A stretch of 64,000 nt of DNA from assembly GCA_964613785.1 (NCBI GenBank), contig CAZTJT010000007.1, positions 64,153 through 128,152 on the forward strand, in the 5' to 3' direction. This DNA comes from an uncultured Rikenellaceae bacterium (GTDB taxonomy: Bacteria; Bacteroidota; Bacteroidia; Bacteroidales; VadinHA17). The notes under the pieces are model-generated. The model saw only the letters and a list, made by a program, of their open reading frames with translations. It ran no database searches and was not told the DNA's origin. Shown here one piece after another: positions 1 to 8,740 of this stretch. Made by a program: the position numbers and the translations under genes. The stretch's first letter is position 1. Every line of letters starts with the position of its first letter.

Positions 1-2503
1 TCTTATGTTTTCCTTTTCCGGAGACAGTGATTTTCAGCTCAATACCCCCGTTTTCTGCCCGGTTTGTTTCCGTACTGATCTGCACTTTTCCTTTACCACC
101 CTTTACATCTGAAGAAGGATCGGTATAGTTAGCGAACAATGAAACTGCTCCGAGGAACCTGCTAACGGGCTCCACCCATATCTCTTTATAAGTGGCAGTG
201 TTGGTTCCTGACCAAAAAGGATCATCTCCCGACATGCAGTCCATACCCACAGGTAAAGCGCCGACGAGATTCTTTAAACAATAGGCAAAATGAGGTGCAA
301 AATCATATCCTGTTCCATACATAAGACTTTGGCTGAACGGATTTGCTCCCAGCACCCATTGAAGCTGTTTTCCGGCAATTTCCATTCCTGCCTTGTCCTT
401 TCTCAGAGCAGATGCTTCTGCCAAAGCCCAAGCCGAAGAAAGGTTAATATTGGTGTTCCCGTGGAAGAGGTCATTGAAATAAATCGGGAAGGTTCTCAGA
501 ACATACTGGTCATTCAGTTTTGTTCCATCCTCAAACTGACGCAACAGATCAGCCCTCAATTTCTCATTATTCTCCGACATTATTTCCTGCCGGCTCCATA
601 CAGAATTCGGTACCAGGTCGTAAGGAGCGGCGATTGTACTGCCCCTCTTCATGAAAAATTCGCTGTGCAAAACAGATGCACTATACCAGTCAATCCATTT
701 TTCTTCTTCTGGAAAAGCCCTGCAAAGATGTGAAAGCGCTATCAGCGGAGCCTCTTCAAAAGCTGCGTGATAATTATGAATCACTCGCTGCTGTTGCGAG
801 TTTGTATAAAAATAGCCTGTTATCGGAATACCATCGATAAACCTTTGCTCCTGGGATTTAATAACCAGATCTCCAAAGATCAAAGCCTGGGTTTTATATT
901 TCTCTTCTCCAGTCAATTTATTCAAGATCACTGATGAAGTTGCACCCCATGAAGCCTCCCTGTAATCTGCCTGATCCCAGGTCTCTCTGGATGCAACTGC
1001 GGCCTCCCAGTCTTCGATTGCTGCTTTCCGGGCTCTCACTGCAAGTTCAGGATTGGATTTTTTAAAAGCTTCTGAACACCTTCCAAGAACAGCGGCTGCA
1101 AGGAAATTCTCCCATGGCACATTCTGGGCCTGTGCAACCATGTCATCTATTGTACCTATCTTATTATCTGTATATATCCTGCCAAGGGCCCAGCTTATGT
1201 GGTAGCCATCTCCAAATCTTACCTTCAGAAGCCAGTCAAGCCCCCATTCAAGCTCGGTCCTGATACGCTTTTCAAGTTCAGGAGCAATCCCTTTCTGATT
1301 CAAGGCATCCAGATTATTAAGCATCGCAAAGGCTGCCATTGCGGTCCGCCAGTAACCCTGCGACAGGTCACCGGCATCATGCCAGCCGCCGTTTATGATC
1401 TTCTTCTCGTCCTCCCTGAATCCCTGCCAGTCTTTGTGACACTCAAGATGCACCCCTGGTACATGGAATCCACATCTCTCACAGAAAAAGAAGTTAATAG
1501 CATTGAAAATGGGATTAAGCCAGATATCAGCATTAATGGGGAACGGATTTGATTCTATTGAACCGCTCCTGATACGGAAGGTACCTTCTGTTTTGAGATC
1601 GGAAAAGTCAATCAGGCTGAAAACACCGTTAACGGTTTCAATTGTTTTGACAGGCCCTTTATAAACCACATTATTATTGTCATCTGTGATCTGGAAGTCA
1701 CTTCCTGCACCTGTTCCTGCAAGGGCAACCTTTGTGTCGAAAGGCCTGTAGCCTATATGGCTGAATGAAATTTTACCAGGTGTCACGTTCCATCCTTCAT
1801 ACTGATCTGTTTCAACCTTTTGTAATTCAATGTTGTCAAAATCATAAGTCACAATTCCTTCTTCTTCGGGATTGTGTCCCCTGAGGATCTGGTTTATTGT
1901 GAACATTGTCACCTTGTCTCTTACAAGATGGGGGAACTCAAAAAGAATATGATTCCATTCTCCCGGCTTAAGGTCGTGGATGAAATGATCCCTCCTTGAT
2001 GTTGTTGCTCCTGATACAAATCCTTCATTGGTTATGCTGATATTGAAACTGTAGGTGGGCATTGTTGTGGGGTGTACGTAAACCCAGAATGAAAGCCTGT
2101 TGTACCCTGACCAGTCCTGGGGCTTTTTGAACAGAAGCCTGACTGATGATGACCCTCCCTGTCCGCCATTAAAAGAATCCCATTGGCTGCGGTTCTTCCT
2201 GTAATGTTCTTCATCGCGCAATGAAGTCCTGAATCTTAGTGAGCGTTTACCGTCTTTTGCCCGTTCCTCTGTGTAACTCATCTCTCCAATGCCGGTTACC
2301 TGCCAGCCGGCATCCTGTTCCATGTCGTCGACCAATAGTCTTGCCAGTACTGGTTTTCTCTCCCAGCTTGCCAAGAGTGAGTTCTGTTCAGGAACTTCGA
2401 GGGGGAAGGGATCATATTTTACAAATTCGTTTTCCGCCTGCTTCTTCGGGGGATTGCAGGAAATCAGTGCCAGAAGGCCGGTTATTATTATCAGGTTCTT
2501 CAT
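1..2503 (-). CDS. Partial CDS (834 N-terminal codons; 3' end runs off the left edge): lipoprotein with a GH9-like (alpha/alpha)6 glycoside hydrolase core
   Basis: Absent from the supplied ORF track because no stop codon lies in the window. ATG is at 2503-2501 (reverse complement). I read every codon of this minus-strand frame from 2503 down to 2 and found no stop. N-terminus MKNLIIITGLLALISC is a lipoprotein signal. INGGWHDAGDLSQGYW matches the GGW(Y/H)DAGD block of family 9 glycoside hydrolases. LQWVLGANPFSQSLMYGTGYDF resembles the GH9 C-terminal block. Confidence 0.75.
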   Translation of the reverse strand, partial: MKNLIIITGLLALISCNPPKKQAENEFVKYDPFPLEVPEQNSLLASWERKPVLARLLVDDMEQDAGWQVTGIGEMSYTEERAKDGKRSLRFRTSLRDEEHYRKNRSQWDSFNGGQGGSSSVRLLFKKPQDWSGYNRLSFWVYVHPTTMPTYSFNISITNEGFVSGATTSRRDHFIHDLKPGEWNHILFEFPHLVRDKVTMFTINQILRGHNPEEEGIVTYDFDNIELQKVETDQYEGWNVTPGKISFSHIGYRPFDTKVALAGTGAGSDFQITDDNNNVVYKGPVKTIETVNGVFSLIDFSDLKTEGTFRIRSGSIESNPFPINADIWLNPIFNAINFFFCERCGFHVPGVHLECHKDWQGFREDEKKIINGGWHDAGDLSQGYWRTAMAAFAMLNNLDALNQKGIAPELEKRIRTELEWGLDWLLKVRFGDGYHISWALGRIYTDNKIGTIDDMVAQAQNVPWENFLAAAVLGRCSEAFKKSNPELAVRARKAAIEDWEAAVASRETWDQADYREASWGATSSVILNKLTGEEKYKTQALIFGDLVIKSQEQRFIDGIPITGYFYTNSQQQRVIHNYHAAFEEAPLIALSHLCRAFPEEEKWIDWYSASVLHSEFFMKRGSTIAAPYDLVPNSVWSRQEIMSENNEKLRADLLRQFEDGTKLNDQYVLRTFPIYFNDLFHGNTNINLSSAWALAEASALRKDKAGMEIAGKQLQWVLGANPFSQSLMYGTGYDFAPHFAYCLKNLVGALPVGMDCMSGDDPFWSGTNTATYKEIWVEPVSRFLGAVSLFANYTDPSSDVKGGKGKVQISTETNRAENGGIELKITVSGKGKHK

Positions 2504-2606
2504 GGGTATAAGGATTTGTGGTTGAACGATTAGCAACTAAAGATAAGAAATAATTATCAAAAGCAGGAATTACAGCTGGTCGGTTTTAAGCCCCCTTTAG
2601 GAGCCC

Positions 2607-2618
2607 CGAAAGCTTTCG
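2607..2618. promoter_or_regulatory. 12-bp perfect palindrome CGAAAGCTTTCG nested in a GC-rich stem, candidate operator
   Basis: It lies in the divergent region between the GH9-like gene and the Tat oxidoreductase gene. It is flanked by GCCCCG (2603-2608) and CGGGGC (2633-2638), which are complementary. Confidence 0.35.
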
Positions 2619-2767
2619 CGATTTGGTGATGCCGGGGCATGAGGCTAATCAATTAGAATGATTTCTCTTTTTACATGATTGGTTGTTTTAAAACTCCATT
2701 TGAAAAAAAATCGGTATCTTGAATCATTAATTTAAAGCCGTTAACCAAAACCTCTAATTTATAAGAT

Positions 2768-4078
2768 ATGACAACACGACGCATATTTTTGAAAAACGCC
2801 GCTATCACCTCAGCTGGCATCGGGCTTGCTCCATCTATCTCAGTTGCATTTACCGGATGTGCCCCCTCCGACAGGATAAACATAGGTCTTATCGGATGTA
2901 ACGGAATGGGATTTGCTAATCTTAGAGAATTTCTCAATCATACTCAGGTTGAATGTATTGCTCTTTGCGATGTTGATGAGAATGTTCTTAACCAGAGGGC
3001 TGCAGATGTTGAAAAGATAAGAGGAAAGAAGCCTGCCAACCTTTATAAAGACTGGAGAAGCCTGATCGACAACAAGGATATTAATCTGGTAATTGTCGGA
3101 ACACCTGATCACTGGCATTGCCTTCAGATGGTTGCTGCATGTGAAGCCGGCAAGGATGTCTATTGTGAGAAACCGATAGGACGCACCATTGAGGAATGCA
3201 ACCTGATGGTAAGGGCAGCAAAAAAGTACAAAAGAGTTGTTCAGGTCGGACAATGGCAGAGGAGCGATCCTCACTGGCAGGAAGCAGTGGATTTTATTCG
3301 TTCTGGTAAACTTGGAAAAATAAGGCTTGTGAGGGTCTTTTCATATCAGGGATGGTGTCCTTCTATTCCAGTTTTACCTGATGAACCTGTTCCCGCCGGA
3401 GTAGATTACAATATGTGGCTGGGCCCGGCTCCTGAACGTCCGTTTAACCGGAACAGATTCCATTTTACCTTCAGATGGTTCTGGGATTATGCAGGAGGTC
3501 TCATGACTGACTGGGGGGTACACCTTCTCGATTACGCCCTTTACGGCATGGATGTAACCGCTCCCAAATCAATAGTAGCAATGGGAGGAAAATACGGTTA
3601 CCCCGATGATGCATGTGAAACTCCCGACAGCCTCCAGACATTATATGAATTTGATGGCTTTAATGTATTGTGGGACCATGCCATCGGAATCGATGACGGC
3701 GGTTACGGACGAAATCATGGCCTCGGCTTTGTCGGAGAAAACGGAACTCTTGTGATTGATCGTAGTGGATGGGAAGTCATACCGGAGAAAGTTAATGGAA
3801 AAATCAGGATGGAAGCTGTGCCATTAAAGCAGGGTTCAGGCAAAGGACTCGCGAACCATGTAAAAAATCACCTCGAATGCATTGTCAAACGAAATCCCAA
3901 TACTAATGCCAGTATTGAAATAGGAGCACATATTGCCAAATTCTCGGCACTTGGAAATATTGCATATCGCACCGGCAAAAAGCTTATATGGGATGGAACC
4001 AGATTCACCAACGATTCTGAAGCAAACACTTTTCTTGTGCCTGAATACCGTGCCCCATGGAGTCTGCCGGGTGTATAA
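2768..4078 (+). CDS. Tat-exported Gfo/Idh/MocA family oxidoreductase
   Basis: 436-aa ORF. MTTRRIFLKNAAITSAGIG carries a perfect twin-arginine T-R-R-x-F-L-K motif. INIGLIGCNGMG is the Rossmann start and YCEKPI the EKP motif typical of this family. Confidence 0.85.
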   Translation: MTTRRIFLKNAAITSAGIGLAPSISVAFTGCAPSDRINIGLIGCNGMGFANLREFLNHTQVECIALCDVDENVLNQRAADVEKIRGKKPANLYKDWRSLIDNKDINLVIVGTPDHWHCLQMVAACEAGKDVYCEKPIGRTIEECNLMVRAAKKYKRVVQVGQWQRSDPHWQEAVDFIRSGKLGKIRLVRVFSYQGWCPSIPVLPDEPVPAGVDYNMWLGPAPERPFNRNRFHFTFRWFWDYAGGLMTDWGVHLLDYALYGMDVTAPKSIVAMGGKYGYPDDACETPDSLQTLYEFDGFNVLWDHAIGIDDGGYGRNHGLGFVGENGTLVIDRSGWEVIPEKVNGKIRMEAVPLKQGSGKGLANHVKNHLECIVKRNPNTNASIEIGAHIAKFSALGNIAYRTGKKLIWDGTRFTNDSEANTFLVPEYRAPWSLPGV

Positions 4079-4134
4079 TCCGAAACCTGTATGATAATCT
4101 GCTGATTGATAACAAATTTAGCTTTTGCTATTCA

Positions 4135-4232
4135 ATTACTTTGTGATCCTAAATGTTAACCTTCGTGAAACTTTGTGGCAGAAAAATATTTAACCACAAA
4201 CTGCACATAGTACTACGCAGAGAAACACCAGG
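4135..4232. repeat. Phased-word inverted element, copy 1 (CTTYGTG words, then CACNNAG words)
   Basis: Left-arm words are CTTTGTG 4139, CTTCGTG 4161 and CTTTGTGG 4171. Right-arm words are CCACAAA 4194, CACATAG 4204, CGCAGAG 4216 and CACCAGG 4226. TTTGTGG (4172-4178) pairs perfectly with CCACAAA (4194-4200). The 17-mer ATTACTTTGTGATCCTA (4135-4151) is identical to 14560-14576. Confidence 0.75.
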
Positions 4233-4394
4233 GAATTAAGCATCTAAATATTATATTTATTCTAATTTAATCAAATCAGTTATTTAACCTTTTTTGCGGT
4301 CAGTTGGCATAAACTAACTCATATCACTAAATTAACAAGTCAATCTATTGCCTGAATAGGACTCATGGCAATAGTAAATTAAAAAATAATAGAT

Positions 4395-6926
4395 ATGTAC
4401 AGAATCAGAAACTGCATCATTCCGGCACTGTTCATATGCGTGATGATATCCGGCTGCCATAACAAGAGTGATATTTCTGTCATTAAATTGGGCGAACAAC
4501 ATGATGGGAGCATTTTTGTCCCTTCAAACCAGTTGTTAAGACCGTCCGGATTTCAGTTATACCTACCAGGCAGGCCCGTTGACCTTGCGCTGACACCCGA
4601 TGAGAAATTTCTTCTTGTGAAAAACAGGTCAGACCTTGATCTGATTAGGATCTCCGACAGGACAATAATCCAGTCTTTACCCTATGAGAAAAGCGGTGCA
4701 TCATTTACAGGCCTGTGTGTTTCTGCCGACGGACGTAAGGTTTATGTCACTGATGCCAACGATCGGATATGTGTGGCAGAGATGAACGGCAACAGAATCC
4801 TTCAATGGGTTAAGCCTATAATGCTCCCGGGTCCTATTGTCGGAGGGTCACCAATGCCGGGAGGAATGGTATTGAGTAACAGAGGCGACAGAATATATGT
4901 TACACTCAGCAGAAACAATACACTGGCCATGGTTGATTTGTCAGACAATTCGGTAACTGAAATTCCTGTCGGAGTCGCACCCTACAGTGTGGTAAGCACA
5001 CAAGGACAAAAAGCTTATGTAAGCAACTGGGGTGGTCGACGACCTGTTGAGGGAGAAACTGTCTATTATACTTCAGGGAGCCCGGTACTTATTGATCCCA
5101 ATACAGGCATAGCAAACAACGGTTCGGTATCGGTCGTGGATCTGAATCAAATGAAAGAAGTGAAATCCATTGATGTGGGCCTTCATCCATCCGGTATGGT
5201 TCTGAGCCCCGATAGCAGGAAACTATATGTTGCATGTGCGAACAGCGACATTATTTCAGTTATTGATACTGAAAAAGATGAAGTGATTGAGGAAATTAAT
5301 GTCCACATTGAAGAAAAGTCATTGTTTAGCAGTTCTCCAAACAGCCTTGCCATATCAAATGATGGGAAAATCCTTTATGCGGCAAACGGAACAGATAACG
5401 CCTTGTGTGTTATCAGTACTGACAATCAGGCGAAAGTACTGGGATTCATCCCGACCGGATGGTTCCCCGGCGCCGTCATTCTCGACAGAGAAGGTAAGAA
5501 TATTTTTGTTGCAAATGTAAAGGGAGTTGGTTCCCGTAATCAGCGGACAGACAGGGCGGGTTATAATTCACACGATCATCTCGGAACAGTCTCGATCATT
5601 GTCACTCCCTCACTTAAAGAACTTGAGAGGATGACGGAAACAGTTAGGCTTAACAATTCATTTGAGAAAAGGAAAAAAAATCTGAGCAGACCTTTCGGCA
5701 AGAGCACCAAAGTTCCTGTTCCCGTTAATCCACGACAAACTTCGTATTTCAAACATGTAGTATATATAATTAAAGAAAACAGGACCTATGATCAGGTCTT
5801 CGGTGATATACCACAAGGAGATGGAGATACCAGTCTGGTCCAGTTCGGCCGCGAAGTGACACCAAACCACCATAAGCTTGCAGAGACTTTTGTTCTTCTC
5901 GATAACTTTTATTGCAGTGGCATACTGAGTGCCGACGGGCATCAATGGACCGACGAGGCTTTTGTTACCGATTATCTTGAAAAATCTTTCGGCGGATTTA
6001 CCCGAAGCTATCCATACGACGGCGGTGATCCCCTTGCTTATGCCAGTTCGGGTTTTATCTGGGATAACGTTTTAAGGCACGGACTGACCTTCAGGACGTA
6101 CGGAGAATTCGTAGATGCTGCGATAGATCCTCCTGAAGCTACATTCTCTGAGATCTACAGAGATTTTATTGAAGGGACCAACAAAATTAAGATACGGGCA
6201 AAAGCAAATATTGAACAGCTTACCCCCTATATGTGTCCCACATTCATTGGCTTCCCCGGTAAAGTGAGTGACGTCTACCGGGCATCAGAATTCATAAAGG
6301 AGCTGAAGGAATTTGAAGAAAACGGCAGCTTCCCGAATTTTATAATAATGCTGCTGCCTAACGATCATACCTCAGGAACACAACCTGGAATGCCGACACC
6401 TCAGGCAGCTGTCGCCGACAACGATCTGGCTCTTGGACAGATTGTCGAAGCAATCTCAAGAAGCAAATTCTGGAAGGAGACCTGTATCCTTGTGACTGAA
6501 GACGATCCCCAGAATGGCCTTGACCATGTTGACGGCCACAGGACAGTGGGGTTGGTCATCAGCCCTTATACAAAAAGAGGTGAAGTGATATCATCTTATT
6601 ATTCTCAAATCAATATGGTAAGGACCATCGAGAACATTCTTGGTCTGCCTCCGATGAATCAGCTTGATCGTTCAGCAGAACCCATGGTTGATTGTTTTAC
6701 CGCCAAACCCGATTTCACTCCATATAATGCCCTCAAGAACAATATACCCCTTGATCAGCTTAATCCATCCCTTGTGTCACTTACGGGTGATCAACTGTAT
6801 TGGGCAGAGAAATCACTCGAACAGAACCTCGATGATATCGATCTTATCGATGAAATTACTTTCAACAGGATAATATGGCATGCAACAAAGGGTTATGACC
6901 GCCCTTACCCTGAGATATCAAGATAA
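4395..6926 (+). CDS. Lipoprotein fusing a YVTN/YncE-type beta-propeller to a phosphoesterase-family (PLC/AcpA-like) domain
   Basis: 843-aa ORF with lipobox ALFICVMISGC. Repeated propeller blades: KVYVTDAND, RIYVTLSRNN, KAYVSNWGG, KLYVACANSD, ILYAANGTDN, NIFVANVKG. The C-terminal half has phosphoesterase-family blocks VVYIIKENRTYDQVFGD, LLPNDHTSG and TEDDPQNGLDHVDGHRT. Confidence 0.8.
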   Translation: MYRIRNCIIPALFICVMISGCHNKSDISVIKLGEQHDGSIFVPSNQLLRPSGFQLYLPGRPVDLALTPDEKFLLVKNRSDLDLIRISDRTIIQSLPYEKSGASFTGLCVSADGRKVYVTDANDRICVAEMNGNRILQWVKPIMLPGPIVGGSPMPGGMVLSNRGDRIYVTLSRNNTLAMVDLSDNSVTEIPVGVAPYSVVSTQGQKAYVSNWGGRRPVEGETVYYTSGSPVLIDPNTGIANNGSVSVVDLNQMKEVKSIDVGLHPSGMVLSPDSRKLYVACANSDIISVIDTEKDEVIEEINVHIEEKSLFSSSPNSLAISNDGKILYAANGTDNALCVISTDNQAKVLGFIPTGWFPGAVILDREGKNIFVANVKGVGSRNQRTDRAGYNSHDHLGTVSIIVTPSLKELERMTETVRLNNSFEKRKKNLSRPFGKSTKVPVPVNPRQTSYFKHVVYIIKENRTYDQVFGDIPQGDGDTSLVQFGREVTPNHHKLAETFVLLDNFYCSGILSADGHQWTDEAFVTDYLEKSFGGFTRSYPYDGGDPLAYASSGFIWDNVLRHGLTFRTYGEFVDAAIDPPEATFSEIYRDFIEGTNKIKIRAKANIEQLTPYMCPTFIGFPGKVSDVYRASEFIKELKEFEENGSFPNFIIMLLPNDHTSGTQPGMPTPQAAVADNDLALGQIVEAISRSKFWKETCILVTEDDPQNGLDHVDGHRTVGLVISPYTKRGEVISSYYSQINMVRTIENILGLPPMNQLDRSAEPMVDCFTAKPDFTPYNALKNNIPLDQLNPSLVSLTGDQLYWAEKSLEQNLDDIDLIDEITFNRIIWHATKGYDRPYPEISR

Positions 6927-7055
6927 TCTGGGCCATAAATGGATTTACTTGTTATTCAGTATAGTGGTTTTTTATCGGTTATACCATACAGGCAGCGACA
7001 GCATAAAATGAATAAGACAATCCGGATCAGGGATAATTTCTGAAAAATATAAAAG

Positions 7056-8690
7056 ATGAGAACAACCGATAATTATAATAAACTTGGGCGCCGTGGAATG
7101 CTAAAACAGGGAGCAGCCCTGGCAGGGATAAGCTTGATAGGTTCCTTGACTGTTCCTGATGTTATTTCTGAAAGAAAATCCGGCAGCCGTATTTTCAATG
7201 TCAATGATTTCGGGGCTTCGGGAAGTAGGAACCAGAAGGCTACAAAGCAGATACAGGCGGCAGTAGAGGCATGCGCTTTTTCGGGAGGAGGGACCGTCTA
7301 TGTTCCTCCCGGCGACTATACAGTAGGGACAATTATTCTAAAAGACAATGTAAATCTGAATATTGAAGCTGGTGCAACACTGTACCTGAGCCAGGATAAA
7401 ACAGATTTCATGAGCGGTAAAAGGGCAATGATATATGCAGATAATGCAAACAACATCTCTATTACTGGAAAAGGAAAGCTCGACGGATTGGCTCAGTACG
7501 AATATGTTGAAATGAGAGGGCTTGACCCGGAAATAACAGAAGAGATTGAAATAGCCAGGAAGGCAGGGATTGATATGAGAAGGTATTATCGTATTGGTAT
7601 GCAGACCTTTATGTGCATGCTGGATAATTGTACAAACGTCCATATAACTGATATATCTGTAATTAATTCTCCCCTCTGGAATATAAGGATGAATGACTGC
7701 GACAGGGTCTTTATCCGGGGAGTCTATATCTATTCTGATCTTGAAAAAGGTGTAAATGCCGATGGAATAGATATCTGTTCATCAAAAAATGTTACTATAT
7801 CTGATTCAGTCATCATTACCGCCGACGATTCAATAGTTGTCAAAACGCCTCTCGTAAAAGGTATGCAAAAAACAAATCCGGCTGAAAACATAGTTGTTAC
7901 AAACTGCATTCTTTCATCTTCCTCAACCCCGCTGATGATTGGTACTGAAACTTATGGTGATATACGGCACGTCATTTTCAGCAACTGCACTATAAGGAAT
8001 TCCAATAAAGGATTTGGGATCAATGTCCAGGACGGAGCCACTGTCAGCAATGTAATATTTAAAAACCTGACAATCGAGACTGGCAGAAGGCACTGGAACT
8101 GGTGGGGCAGTGCCGAACTATGTAAGTTTGTTCTGAGCCGTCGCCAGGAATCATCAAGGCTTGGACAGATCAAGGACATCGTTGTTGACACTGTTATCGC
8201 ACATATAAGGGGTACAAGTGTACTTAAAGGCCTGCCTGACCAGTGCCTTGAAAACATAAGATTCAGCAATGTTCAGCTTTATATGCTTCCCGAGGATGCT
8301 CCCGACAAAAGGTCATCAAATGCCATATGCTTTGAAAATATACGCGGACTGAAGATCCTCGATATGTCAGTGGTTTGGGATGAGAAGCGGCCTGAACCGG
8401 GATGGAAGAGTGCCCTGTTCCTTAGAAATATCAATGATTTTGAGATAAGATCATTTGCCGGACGCCAGGGATTGAAGGGGAGCAGTGATCCTGCAATCCT
8501 GCTTGAAGGCGTTCAGGATGGACTGATCACCGGCAGTAAGGCACATAAAGATTGCACAGTCTTTATTCATTTGAAAGGATCAGAAAACATCGACCTGACA
8601 ATAGGAAATAATATTGTTGCAAATGCCGGGAAGGAGATTACCTTTGAAACAAAAGAATCCAGGAAGTCGGTTAAACTATACCGTAGTTAA
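7056..8690 (+). CDS. Glycoside hydrolase family 28-like parallel beta-helix enzyme with a Tat-like signal
   Basis: 544-aa ORF. RRGMLKQGAALAGISLIG is the signal. NADGIDI and ITADDSIVVK resemble the GH28 NxDG(I)D and GDDxxxxK catalytic blocks. Periodic beta-helix repeats run throughout. Confidence 0.75.
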   Translation: MRTTDNYNKLGRRGMLKQGAALAGISLIGSLTVPDVISERKSGSRIFNVNDFGASGSRNQKATKQIQAAVEACAFSGGGTVYVPPGDYTVGTIILKDNVNLNIEAGATLYLSQDKTDFMSGKRAMIYADNANNISITGKGKLDGLAQYEYVEMRGLDPEITEEIEIARKAGIDMRRYYRIGMQTFMCMLDNCTNVHITDISVINSPLWNIRMNDCDRVFIRGVYIYSDLEKGVNADGIDICSSKNVTISDSVIITADDSIVVKTPLVKGMQKTNPAENIVVTNCILSSSSTPLMIGTETYGDIRHVIFSNCTIRNSNKGFGINVQDGATVSNVIFKNLTIETGRRHWNWWGSAELCKFVLSRRQESSRLGQIKDIVVDTVIAHIRGTSVLKGLPDQCLENIRFSNVQLYMLPEDAPDKRSSNAICFENIRGLKILDMSVVWDEKRPEPGWKSALFLRNINDFEIRSFAGRQGLKGSSDPAILLEGVQDGLITGSKAHKDCTVFIHLKGSENIDLTIGNNIVANAGKEITFETKESRKSVKLYRS

Positions 8691-8740
8691 TATTAAAAGC
8701 ATTAACAAGCGGATAAATAAAGATTTAATAGGAGATTGGT

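Noticed and set aside
290-2525. Track ORFs 290..733(+), 1199..1552(+), 2032..2214(-), 2239..2511(+) and 2289..2525(+)
   Set aside because: All lie inside the verified 834-codon minus-strand GH9-like frame. Their translations are Cys/Ser/Arg-rich and lack motifs. They are antisense or off-frame shadows.
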